A stretch of DNA of 64,000 nucleotides from positions 32,001 through 96,000 of the forward strand of contig JBEKYR010000005.1 of the NCBI GenBank assembly GCA_049510745.1. The letters are read 5' to 3'. This document shows positions 1-9,682 of this stretch, piece after piece. Source of the DNA: Verrucomicrobiota bacterium (GTDB lineage Bacteria > Verrucomicrobiota > Verrucomicrobiia > Limisphaerales > Palsa-1400). Each line of letters opens with the position of its first letter. The first letter of the stretch is position 1. The translations under genes were made by a program, and so were the position numbers. The notes beneath the pieces are model-generated. The model did not search any database. It saw only the letters and a program-made list of their open reading frames with translations, and was not told where the DNA came from.

Positions 1-2232
1 GCGGAAAGGCCCGAGCTGAGTGATGCCGGCTGGCAGGCGGTCAGGCTGCCGCACGACTGGAGCATTGCCGGGCCTTTCGACGAGCAGAATCCCGCCGGCG
101 GGGCGGGCGGATTTCTCCCCTCCGGGGTGGGCTGGTATCGCAAGGAATTCACCCTGCCCAAGGAAGACGCCGGCCGCCAGGTGTGGATTGAATTCGACGG
201 CGTGATGGCCAACAGCGATGTCTGGATCAACGGCCGCCCCCTGGGCCATCGGCCCTGCGGCTATGTGGCCTTCGCCTACGACATGACTCCGTTCCTGCGC
301 TTTGGCGGCGGGCGCAACGTCCTGGCGGTGCGGGCGGATACCTCCGCGCAGCCCGCCTCGCGCTGGTACGCCGGGGCGGGGATTTATCGCCACGCGCGGT
401 TGCTGGTTTTGAACCCCGTGCATTTGGATCCTTGGGGCACGTTCCTGAGCACGCCGGTGGTGACGCCGGAGCGGGCCAAAGTGCGGGCGAGCGTCTCCAT
501 TGTCAATCCGCCGGACTCCCCGCGCTCCGTTTCGCTGGAACTGGCCATTTCCGACCCCGCCGGCTATGTCGTCCAAAGAGCCAGGACCAGCCTGCCAGTG
601 GCGCAATCGTCCTCCGAGGGGTTGACGGTGGAGGCGGTGGTGGACAAACCGAACCGCTGGGACATCGACAACCCGGCGCTCTATCAGGCGGTCCTGACGC
701 TGCGGGAGGGCAATACCATACTTGACAGGCAGACCGTGCCCTTCGGCATCCGGGAATTTCACTTCAATCCGGCGACCGGCTTCTGGCTCAACGGCCGCAA
801 CTTCAAGCTCAAGGGCGTTTGCCTGCACGCCGACGGGAGTTGTTTTGGCGCCGCCGTGCCGCTGGGGGTTTGGGAGCGCCGCCTGCGCGCGCTGCGCGAG
901 CTGGGCGTCAACGCCGTTCGCACGGCGCACAACCCGCCGGCGGCGGAGTTTCTCGACTTGTGCGACCGCCAGGGGATGCTGGTCATGGACGAGTTCTTCG
1001 ATTGCTGGACGGTGGGCAAAAACAAGTTCGATTATCACCTTTACTTCACGAACTGGTCGAAGATCGACGCCCGCGACACGATCCGGCGCGACCGCAATCA
1101 TCCCTGCATTATACTTTACAGCGTCGGCAACGAAATCCACGACACTCCGAAGGCCGCGCTGGCCTATGAAATTCTGGAGGGGTTGGTGGCCGTTTGCCAC
1201 GAAAACGACCCGACGCGCCCCGTGACCCAGGCGCTTTTCCGGCCCAACGTCAGCGGGGATTACACCAACGGGCTGGCCGACCTGCTGGATGTCATCGGCA
1301 CCAATTATCGCGACAGCGAGCTGCTCGCCGCCCGGCGGGCCAGGCCCTCGCGCAAGATCATCGGCACCGAGCAGCGCCAGGACCAGGCCACGTGGCTGGC
1401 CTGCCGGGACCATCCCGATCACGCCGGGCAATTCCTCTGGTCGGGCGTGGATTACCTCGGCGAATCGCGCCGCTGGCCCGTCATCGCGTCCGGGTCGGGC
1501 CTGCTCGACCGCTGCGGCCAGCCGCGGCCGGCGGCCTTCCAACGCCAATCGTGGTGGTCGGACAAGCCGATGGTCTTCATCGCCCGCCGCTTCCGGGCGG
1601 AGCCGGCGGAATCCGGCGACCCCGGCTTCGCCCCGCTGGATCGGCGTCAAGAAGTGTTTTCCGATTGGACCCCGCGTGACGGCCCGCCCGATGACGAAAC
1701 GGTGGAGGTCTATAGCAATTGCGGCGACGTGGAACTGCTGCTCAACGGGCGTTCCCTCGGTTCGCGCCCGCTGCCGGCGGACGCCTCGCCGCGAACCTGG
1801 CAGGTTCCGTTCCAGCCCGGCGAATTGACCGCCATCGGCAAAAACAACGGGCGGATCGTGGCGCGGCAGACGCTGCGCACGGCGGGGGCGCCGGCTAAAA
1901 TAGTTTTGACTTCCGACGAGAGACAATTGGCGGCCAGGTGGGACGATCTCGCGTGCGTCCGCGCCACGGTGACCGACGCGAAAGGCGTGCCGGTCCCCGG
2001 CGCCACCAACGCGATCACCTTTGCCCTTGACGGACCGGGAGTGATCGCGGCGGTGGACAGCGCGGACAATTCCAGCCACGAACCGTTTCAAAGCCAGGAG
2101 CGGCGGGCGTATCAGGGCGAATGCTTCGCCCTGGTCCAGGCCCTGCCCAACCGGGGAAGAATCCGGGTGAAGGCCTCGGCGGCGAATCTGAAAGGGGCCT
2201 CCGTCACGATTGCCGTGCCGGGTGAAAAATGA
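1..2232 (+). CDS. Glycoside hydrolase family 2 (beta-galactosidase-like), 5'-partial
   Basis: Frame is open from base 1 (LPHDWSI...GWYRKEF); motifs EFDGVMANSDVWING, LKGVCLH, NAVRTAHNP, RDRNHPCIILYSVGNE. Confidence 0.93.
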   Translation, partial: AERPELSDAGWQAVRLPHDWSIAGPFDEQNPAGGAGGFLPSGVGWYRKEFTLPKEDAGRQVWIEFDGVMANSDVWINGRPLGHRPCGYVAFAYDMTPFLRFGGGRNVLAVRADTSAQPASRWYAGAGIYRHARLLVLNPVHLDPWGTFLSTPVVTPERAKVRASVSIVNPPDSPRSVSLELAISDPAGYVVQRARTSLPVAQSSSEGLTVEAVVDKPNRWDIDNPALYQAVLTLREGNTILDRQTVPFGIREFHFNPATGFWLNGRNFKLKGVCLHADGSCFGAAVPLGVWERRLRALRELGVNAVRTAHNPPAAEFLDLCDRQGMLVMDEFFDCWTVGKNKFDYHLYFTNWSKIDARDTIRRDRNHPCIILYSVGNEIHDTPKAALAYEILEGLVAVCHENDPTRPVTQALFRPNVSGDYTNGLADLLDVIGTNYRDSELLAARRARPSRKIIGTEQRQDQATWLACRDHPDHAGQFLWSGVDYLGESRRWPVIASGSGLLDRCGQPRPAAFQRQSWWSDKPMVFIARRFRAEPAESGDPGFAPLDRRQEVFSDWTPRDGPPDDETVEVYSNCGDVELLLNGRSLGSRPLPADASPRTWQVPFQPGELTAIGKNNGRIVARQTLRTAGAPAKIVLTSDERQLAARWDDLACVRATVTDAKGVPVPGATNAITFALDGPGVIAAVDSADNSSHEPFQSQERRAYQGECFALVQALPNRGRIRVKASAANLKGASVTIAVPGEK

Positions 2233-4349
2233 GGCCGGGCCTGGCAGTCTGGGTATGGCTCTGCCTGCTGCTGGCAGGCGCGCCGGGCCGGGCCGCGCCC
2301 ATCGACCGCCACGCGCTGGTGACGCGGCACGCGCCCGTCCTCCGCCAATTTGACGCCTGGAACCCGTTCTCCCTCGGCAACGGCCAGTTTGCTTTCACCG
2401 CCGACGCGACGGGGTTGCAGACCTTCGCCGAGGCGTTCACCAACACCGTGCCGCTGGCGACGCTCTCCCAATGGGGCTGGCACAGCTTCCCGAATCCGAA
2501 CGGCTGGAGCATCGATCAATATCACTTCAAGGAATTTGACGCGGATGGGCGCAAGGTGGGTTACGCGGACGCGCCCGGCAACCGACCCACGCCGGAAGCG
2601 GCCTGGCTGCGGGAGAACCCGCACCGCCTGGACCTGGGCCATGTTTGTTTCGTGTTGACAAAGGCCGACGGCTCCGCCGCGCGCACCAACGACCTGGCCG
2701 GTATCGGGCAGACGCTGGACATTTGGAACGGGATTCTCCTGAGCCGGTTCGAGCTGGAAGGCGAGCCGGTCGAGGTGAAAACGGTTTGCCATCCGGACCT
2801 GGACCTGGTGGCGGTGCGCGTGGTCTCGCCGCTGCTGAAAACGGGGCGCGTCAAAATCGCGCTGCGCTTTCCTTACGGAACGGGTTCGACCGTGACCGCC
2901 GATTGGAGCCGGCCCGAGGCGCACGAAACGGTTTGCCGGCCGTCGGGCGCCCAGGCGGCCGAATTCGACCGCCAACTGGATCAGGACTCCTACCATGCGG
3001 CCGCCCGCTGGAAGAACGGCAGACTGACGCGGACGGGGAAACATGAATTCGTGTTGACGCCTTCGCCCGGGGCGGGCGCGATGGAATTTGTCTGCGCGTT
3101 CACGCCCGGGCCGCTGCCGGGGCGGCTGCCCGATTTCGCCCGGACGCAACAGGCGGCGGCGCGGCATTGGCATGAATTCTGGCGCGGCGGCGGGGCGATC
3201 GACCTTTCGTTGAGCAAGGACCCGCGCTGGCAGGAATTGGAGCGGCGCATCGTGCTCTCCGAATACCTCACCGCCATCCAGTGCGACGGCGCCGTTCCGC
3301 CGCAGGAGACGGGGCTGACCTACAATAGTTGGGAAGGGAAATTCCACCTGGAGATGCACCTCTGGCACACGGCCCATTTTGCGCTTTGGGGACGGCTGCC
3401 GTTGCTGGAGAAGAGCCTGGGCTATTACCAATCCATCCTGCCCCGCGCGCAAAACACCGCCCGGCGCCAGGGTTACGCCGGCGCGCGCTGGCCCAAGATG
3501 ACCGATCCCAGCGGCCGCGAGTCCCCTTCCCCGGTCGGCCCCTTTTTGATCTGGCAGCAGCCCCATCCCATTTTCTACGCCGAACTGTGTTACCGCCGCC
3601 ATCCCGATCGGACCACGCTGGAGAAGTACCGCGAGATTGTCAATCAAACGGCTGAATTCATGGCGTCGTATCCCGTCTGGGAAACGAACCGCTGCGTGCT
3701 CGGGCCAGTCTTGCAGTGCGCGCAGGAAATTTTTCCCAAGGACCACACGCTCAATCCGACCTTCGAGCTGACCTATTGGCGGTGGGGGCTGGAGACGGCG
3801 CAACAATGGCGGCTGCGTTCGGGCCTGGAGCGCGAAACCAATTGGGACCGCGTCCTGCAACATCTGGCCGCGCTGGCCCTCGAGGGCGACAAATATCTCT
3901 TCGCCGAAACCGCCACCGGAACCTACACGGAGAAAAAATGGATCCGCGATCACCCGTCCGTCACCGCCGCGCTGGGATTGCTGCCGGGGCCGGGGATTGA
4001 CCGCGAGACGATGCGGCGCACCTTTCACTGGATTTGGGACAACTGGGATTGGGCGCGGACTTGGGGATGGGATTACGGCATGTTGGCGATGTGCGCCGCC
4101 CGTTTGGGCGAGCCGGACAAGGCGGTGGACGCGCTCCTGCTCGACACGCCCAAAAACCACTACGCTCTGAACGGACACGTTTATCAGCGGCCGGGTTTGA
4201 CCGTCTATCTGCCCGGCAACGGCAGCCTGCTCTACGCGGCGGCCATGATGGCCGCCGGCTGGGATTTCGGCCCCAGCCAATATGCGCCCGGATTTCCCAT
4301 GAACGGGCAGTGGACCGTCCGCAGTGAAGGATTGCAACCCGCGCCATGA
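2229..4349 (+). CDS. Secreted six-hairpin glycoside hydrolase (GH95/GH65-like; possible alpha-L-galactosidase/fucosidase)
   Basis: Signal peptide; IDRHALVTRH, LGNGQFAFTADATGLQTF, PPQETGL, KFHLEM, GARWPKM, YLPGNGSLL; ATGA overlap with the upstream gene. Confidence 0.75.
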   Translation: MRPGLAVWVWLCLLLAGAPGRAAPIDRHALVTRHAPVLRQFDAWNPFSLGNGQFAFTADATGLQTFAEAFTNTVPLATLSQWGWHSFPNPNGWSIDQYHFKEFDADGRKVGYADAPGNRPTPEAAWLRENPHRLDLGHVCFVLTKADGSAARTNDLAGIGQTLDIWNGILLSRFELEGEPVEVKTVCHPDLDLVAVRVVSPLLKTGRVKIALRFPYGTGSTVTADWSRPEAHETVCRPSGAQAAEFDRQLDQDSYHAAARWKNGRLTRTGKHEFVLTPSPGAGAMEFVCAFTPGPLPGRLPDFARTQQAAARHWHEFWRGGGAIDLSLSKDPRWQELERRIVLSEYLTAIQCDGAVPPQETGLTYNSWEGKFHLEMHLWHTAHFALWGRLPLLEKSLGYYQSILPRAQNTARRQGYAGARWPKMTDPSGRESPSPVGPFLIWQQPHPIFYAELCYRRHPDRTTLEKYREIVNQTAEFMASYPVWETNRCVLGPVLQCAQEIFPKDHTLNPTFELTYWRWGLETAQQWRLRSGLERETNWDRVLQHLAALALEGDKYLFAETATGTYTEKKWIRDHPSVTAALGLLPGPGIDRETMRRTFHWIWDNWDWARTWGWDYGMLAMCAARLGEPDKAVDALLLDTPKNHYALNGHVYQRPGLTVYLPGNGSLLYAAAMMAAGWDFGPSQYAPGFPMNGQWTVRSEGLQPAP

Positions 4350-7300
4350 GCACGACAGTCAAAATAATTCTGTGCGCCGGCCTGCTGGCCGCGGCCGCCG
4401 CCGCGCGCGCCGCCACCGGAACCCTTCCCCTCGAAGGCGCCTGGCAGTTCGCCCTGGACCCGGGCGACGCCGGCCTCGCCGAATGCTGGTTCGACCGCGC
4501 TCTGCCGCACAGCATCCGCCTGCCCGGCATGCTGCAATCGCAGGGATACGGCGACGAAATCAGTATTGACACGCCGTGGGTGCTCTCGCTCTACGATCAT
4601 CTCTGGTTTTTGCGGGACGATTACCGCGCCTGGACCAACGCGGGTGCGGTCAAGGTGCCGTTTCTGTGCCAGCCGCCGCGCCATTATTTGGGCGCCGCGT
4701 GGTACCGGCGCGACATTGAGATTCCGGCGGACTGGGGGGACCGCCGCGTGGCGCTTTTCCTGGAACGTCCGCATTGGGAGACGCGGGTCTGGCTGGACGG
4801 CGCGCCGCTCGGCTCGAACGTCTCGCTCTGCGCGCCGCATGAATACCAACTGGGCACGGCCCTCAAACCGGGCCGCCACAGCCTGGCCATTCGGGTGGAT
4901 AACCGCCTGGTCCTGCTGTACCGGCCCGACGCCCACTCCGTTTCCGATTCGCTCGGCGGCGCGTGGAACGGCATCGCGGGCAAAATCCAACTGCGCTCGA
5001 CCCCGACCGTCTGGCTCGACTCGGTGGATTTGTACCCGATTCCAAAGGAAACCAACAAGGTGCGGGTCGTTGCGCGCCTGGGCAACGTTTCCGGCCAGGC
5101 GGGAACGGGAGTGATCTCGGTGCCGGCGGCCCGGACGCAAATCCCCGTCGTTTGGGACGCGGCCGGTGGCCGGAGCGAATTCGAGTGCGCCTTGCCGCCG
5201 GGGCAAAGTTTTTGGTGGGATGAATTCAGCCCGAATCTTGGCAGCCTCGACTTCCAATTGTCCACCGGTGACGCCAAATCGGTTCGTTTTGGGTTGCGCA
5301 CCGTGGGCACAGGCGGCGGCCACTTTTTCATCAATGGCCGCCAGACGGAATTTCGCGGCACGCACAACGGCGGCGATTTCCCGTTGACAGGGTATCCGCC
5401 GACCGACGTTGATTCATGGAAGCGCCTGATCCGCGTTTGCCAGAATTGGGGACTCAACCTCATGCGCTTTCATTCCTGGTGCCCGCCGGAAGCCGCCTTC
5501 GCGGCCGCCGATGAATTGGGTTTCTATCTCCAGCCCGAATGCGGGATGTGGAACGAAATCAGCCCGGGCACGGCGATGGAGAAAATGCTCTATGAGGAAA
5601 CCGACCGGATGATCGCGGCCTACGGAAACCATCCGTCGTTTGTCCTTCTCTCGCCAAGCAACGAACCGAAAGGCCGCTGGAAACAGTCCCTTCCCAAATG
5701 GGTCGGGTATTGCCGCCGGCAAGACCCCCGGCGGCTCTACACGCCAGGCACCGGATGGTCTATTATTGACAGCCCCGGCCCGGTGGAGGGGGCCGATTAC
5801 CTGGCGGTAAGCCGCATCGGCCCGAACCCGCTGCGGGGCAAATCGGCCTGGTTCGGCGGCGATTATGCGGAATCGCTCGCCGGGGTGAACGTGCCGGTGC
5901 TCTCGCATGAATTGGGGCAGTGGTGCGCGTACCCGGATTTCTCGGTCATCGCGAAATTCACCGGCGCGATGCGGCCGGGCAACTACGAGATTTTCCGCGA
6001 TTCGCTGGCAGCGCACGGCTTGCTCGATCAAGACGCGCGGTTTGCCTGGGCCTCGGGGCGCTTTCAACTGGCCTGCTACAAGGAGGAGATCGAAGCCAAC
6101 CTGCGCACGCCGGGCCTGGACGGCTTTGAACTGCTCGATCTGCACGATTACACCGGCCAGGGCACGGCTTTGGTCGGATTGCTGGACACCTTTTGGGAGG
6201 AAAAAAGTTACGCGACGCCGGACGAATTCCGCCATTTCTGCAACACGACCGTTCTGCTGGCCCGCTTGCGGCATCGGATCTTGACCACGGCGGACACGCT
6301 CGAGGCAGAGATCGAGGCCGCCCATTTTGGCGCCGCGCCGCTCCCCGGCGCCGCCGTGGCCTGGCAAATCGTCGGCGCGTCCAACCAGGTCCTCGCGGCA
6401 GGAACATTCCCCGCCGCCACGCTGCCCATCGGCAAGAACATCCCGCTGGGCCGGCTGAAGGTGGGGCTGGGGAACGTGGCCGCGCCGCAGGCCTGTGTCT
6501 TGCAGGTCAGTATCCAAGGCACGCCCTTCCGCAACGAATGGAACTTCTGGGTCTATCCCGCTTCCGCCCCGCCCGGCGCCCCGGCCAACGTGCTGGTGAC
6601 CCGCTCCTGGGAGCAGGCGGCCCAACGGCTGGCGGCGGGCGGCCGGGTCCTGTTCCTGCCGCGCAACACGGACCTGGATTGGACGTGTCCGCCGCTGGAC
6701 AGCGTGCCGGTCTTTTGGAACCGGCTGATGAACCCGGCCTGGGGCCGGATGCTCGGACTGTGGTGCGACACCAACCACCCCGCCCTGGCCGGGTTCCCGA
6801 CCGCAGCCAATTGCGACTGGCAATGGGCGGAACTGCTGCGCGGCGTCCGCGCGGTCAACCTGGACCGGTTCCCGCGCTCCTTGCGCCCGATTGTGGCAGC
6901 GATCGACGATTGGAACCGGAACTGGAAACTGGCCCCCCTCTTCGAGTGCCACGTGGGGCCGGGCCGGCTGATGGTCTGTTCGTTCGACTTGACATCAAAA
7001 CTGGAGAGCCGCCCGGCCGCCCGCCAGTTGCGGCGCTCGCTGCTCGATTACCTGGCCGGCCCGCGCTTCGAGCCGCCGTGCGCCGCGGCGGCGGCGGACG
7101 TTGAAAACATTCTTTTTGACACGACCATCATGCGCCGGCTCGGGGCCAGGGCCGAAGGCGAAGGCGACGGCCGCGCCGCCATCGACGGCGATCCAAACAC
7201 GGCCTGGGTGCGCGGCGGGACCGGACGCGGCCAGAGCGGCACGAGCCATCCGCACGCCTTGACCGTCACCTTCCCGGCGCCCGCGCCGATCAACGGCCTT

Positions 7301-7645
7301 TGCCTGATGCCCCGCCAGAACGACCGCGATCACGCCGGGGACACCCGCGCCTACACCGTCGAGGTCAGCGACGACGGGCGGGAGTGGCGCGAGGTGGCGC
7401 GCGGGGAATTGGTCTCGACCTGGGCCCCGCAGCGCGTGCCGTTTGGGCAAACGGTCAGCGCCCGCCATTTGCGCTTCACCGCGTTGTCGGGTTTTGGCCG
7501 GGACGCCAGCACGGCGATCGCCGAACTGGCGGTGCTCTACGCGGGGCCAAAACTGCCGGAAACCGCGCCGGGCGACATCGAATTTCAACCCTCGCGCAGC
7601 ACCTCGACCGACGTGGATGAGGGCCGCGCCCCAATCAAACCATGA
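4346..7645 (+). CDS. Secreted GH2-like hydrolase (beta-glucuronidase-like) with C-terminal F5/8 (CBM32-like) domain
   Basis: Signal peptide; GAAWYRRDI, MRFHSWCPPEAAFAAADELG, GNHPSF..NE; C-terminal AIDGDPNTAW...YTVEVSDDG...AIAEL. Confidence 0.85.
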   Translation: MSTTVKIILCAGLLAAAAAARAATGTLPLEGAWQFALDPGDAGLAECWFDRALPHSIRLPGMLQSQGYGDEISIDTPWVLSLYDHLWFLRDDYRAWTNAGAVKVPFLCQPPRHYLGAAWYRRDIEIPADWGDRRVALFLERPHWETRVWLDGAPLGSNVSLCAPHEYQLGTALKPGRHSLAIRVDNRLVLLYRPDAHSVSDSLGGAWNGIAGKIQLRSTPTVWLDSVDLYPIPKETNKVRVVARLGNVSGQAGTGVISVPAARTQIPVVWDAAGGRSEFECALPPGQSFWWDEFSPNLGSLDFQLSTGDAKSVRFGLRTVGTGGGHFFINGRQTEFRGTHNGGDFPLTGYPPTDVDSWKRLIRVCQNWGLNLMRFHSWCPPEAAFAAADELGFYLQPECGMWNEISPGTAMEKMLYEETDRMIAAYGNHPSFVLLSPSNEPKGRWKQSLPKWVGYCRRQDPRRLYTPGTGWSIIDSPGPVEGADYLAVSRIGPNPLRGKSAWFGGDYAESLAGVNVPVLSHELGQWCAYPDFSVIAKFTGAMRPGNYEIFRDSLAAHGLLDQDARFAWASGRFQLACYKEEIEANLRTPGLDGFELLDLHDYTGQGTALVGLLDTFWEEKSYATPDEFRHFCNTTVLLARLRHRILTTADTLEAEIEAAHFGAAPLPGAAVAWQIVGASNQVLAAGTFPAATLPIGKNIPLGRLKVGLGNVAAPQACVLQVSIQGTPFRNEWNFWVYPASAPPGAPANVLVTRSWEQAAQRLAAGGRVLFLPRNTDLDWTCPPLDSVPVFWNRLMNPAWGRMLGLWCDTNHPALAGFPTAANCDWQWAELLRGVRAVNLDRFPRSLRPIVAAIDDWNRNWKLAPLFECHVGPGRLMVCSFDLTSKLESRPAARQLRRSLLDYLAGPRFEPPCAAAAADVENILFDTTIMRRLGARAEGEGDGRAAIDGDPNTAWVRGGTGRGQSGTSHPHALTVTFPAPAPINGLCLMPRQNDRDHAGDTRAYTVEVSDDGREWREVARGELVSTWAPQRVPFGQTVSARHLRFTALSGFGRDASTAIAELAVLYAGPKLPETAPGDIEFQPSRSTSTDVDEGRAPIKP

Positions 7646-9501
7646 AGACTTGCGTCATCCTCGTCACGCTGGCCGGCGCGGCGACCGCCTTGGGCGGCGG
7701 GGTCACGCTGACCGAAGACCCCTCCACGTACACGCTGGCCAACGGCGTGGTCACGGCCCGCGTCAACAAACGTTCCGCCGACCTCGTCTCGCTGCGCTAC
7801 CAGGGGCTTGAATTGCTGGGCAACACATCGGGCCATCCGTATGGTTACTGGTCGCATTCGCCCGCCCGCCTGCGCGAGACCAACAGCGTGACGATCGATC
7901 CGGCGCAAAACGGCGGTGCGCGCGCCGAGGTGTCGGTCAAAGGTTATTACACAAACACGGGTTCCGGGTCCGGTTTTGGCGGCACGGCGGCGGACATCGA
8001 AATCCGCTACACGCTGGGGCGGGACGACTCGGGTGTTTACACGTATTCGATTTTCACGCATCCGACCAACTATCCCGGCACGGGGGTGGGCGAGGCGCGG
8101 TTCGGGGTCAAGCTCAACGCGGACGTGTTCGATTACCTTTCGATTGACAGTCGTAGGCAGCGCCTGATGCCCCGCCCGCAGGACTGGGACAACGGGACGG
8201 AGTTGAACCTGAAGGAAGCGCGCCGCCTGACGACGGGCCTCTATAAAGGCCAGGTCGAGCACAAATACGACTATTCGGCCATTCAGTTCGACATCCCGGC
8301 CTTCGGCTGGTCCAGCACCCGGCGCCAGGTCGGCTTGTGGTTCGTCAATCCGTCCCTCGAGTACCTCAGCGGCGGCGCGACGAAAGTCGAATTGACAGGG
8401 CACCTGGATGACAACGACGGGGCGGCGCCGACCTTGCTGAATTATTGGCGCGGCAGCCATTACGGCGGCAGCGTCTGTTCGGTGGCCGCGGGCGAGGCCT
8501 GGAGCAAGGTCATCGGGCCGTTTTTGATTTACTGCAATGCCGGCCCCGGCCCCGAGGCGATGTGGCGGGACGCGCTGGCGCGGGCGAAGACCGAGGCGGC
8601 GGCCTGGCCCTGCCCGTGGGTCGAGGGGGTCGATTATCCCAAAAAGGAGCAGCGCGGGACGGTGGGCGGACAACTCGTCTTGACAGACCCCCAGTTCCCC
8701 GGTTTGAAAATGTCCAACCTCCTGGTCGGTTTGGCCGCGCCCGATTACCCCGCGCGCGGCGGCCGCTTCGGCGGGGCGCGAACCGTCGATTGGCAACTGG
8801 ACGCCAAGTATTACCAGTTTTGGACGCGCGGCCGGGCCGATGGCCGGTTTCAGATCGAGAATGTTCGGCCCGGCGTCTATACGCTGCACGCTATCGCCGA
8901 CGGCGTGCTGGGGGAATTCAGCCGGTCAAACATCGTGGTGCGGGCGGGAGAGACGGCGCCGCTCGGCGCGTTGCGCTGGGAGCCGGTCCGTTGCGGGCGG
9001 CAACTCTGGGACATCGGCGTGCCCAATCGCTCCGCGGAGGAATTCCGGCACGGCGACCACTACTGGCAATGGGGCCTGTATTACGATTACACGAACGAGT
9101 TCCCGCATGATGTCAATTATATCGTCGGCCAGAGCGATTTTCACACGGATTGGAACTACGCCCAGGTGGGACGCCGCGGCCGGGGCACGGTCTGGTCGGT
9201 TCATTTCAAGCTGGCCGCCGCGCCGCGCGGGCGGGCGACCTTGCGCCTGGGCCTGGCCGCCGCCAGCGTGCGCGGGGGCATCCAGGTCAGCGTCAACCAC
9301 CAGCCGGCCGGCGGCACCGGGCCACTCCCCGACACCGCCACCATCCGGCGCGACGGCATCCGGGGATATTGGACGGAGCGCGACGTGGCGTTCGACGCGG
9401 CCCTGCTGCAAGAGGGCGAGAACGTTCTGCAACTGGAAATCCCCGCCGGCGACCCCACCAGCGGGGTGGAGTACGATTACCTGCGGCTGGAGGCGGAGTG
9501 A
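7642..9501 (+). CDS. Rhamnogalacturonan endolyase, polysaccharide lyase family 4
   Basis: Signal peptide; GQVEHKYDYS, EYLSGG, YQFWTRGRADGRFQIENVRPGVYTLHA, LWDIGVPNRSAEEF, YDYLRLE. Confidence 0.9.
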   Translation: MKTCVILVTLAGAATALGGGVTLTEDPSTYTLANGVVTARVNKRSADLVSLRYQGLELLGNTSGHPYGYWSHSPARLRETNSVTIDPAQNGGARAEVSVKGYYTNTGSGSGFGGTAADIEIRYTLGRDDSGVYTYSIFTHPTNYPGTGVGEARFGVKLNADVFDYLSIDSRRQRLMPRPQDWDNGTELNLKEARRLTTGLYKGQVEHKYDYSAIQFDIPAFGWSSTRRQVGLWFVNPSLEYLSGGATKVELTGHLDDNDGAAPTLLNYWRGSHYGGSVCSVAAGEAWSKVIGPFLIYCNAGPGPEAMWRDALARAKTEAAAWPCPWVEGVDYPKKEQRGTVGGQLVLTDPQFPGLKMSNLLVGLAAPDYPARGGRFGGARTVDWQLDAKYYQFWTRGRADGRFQIENVRPGVYTLHAIADGVLGEFSRSNIVVRAGETAPLGALRWEPVRCGRQLWDIGVPNRSAEEFRHGDHYWQWGLYYDYTNEFPHDVNYIVGQSDFHTDWNYAQVGRRGRGTVWSVHFKLAAAPRGRATLRLGLAAASVRGGIQVSVNHQPAGGTGPLPDTATIRRDGIRGYWTERDVAFDAALLQEGENVLQLEIPAGDPTSGVEYDYLRLEAE

Positions 9502-9682
9502 CCCGGATCGCGAGGACGATCAAGAACAATTCATTTCGGGTCTTGGCAATGGCGGGCATTGCTGCTTAAATCGGCCCCATCAGCCCGCGTTGTGCGGGGC
9601 AGACCGTCGGTGGCCGGGGAACTGGCTGGGCGCGTCTTTTGGCAATGAGCCTATGCAAGATCAATCGCGTTGCTTCTAAATT

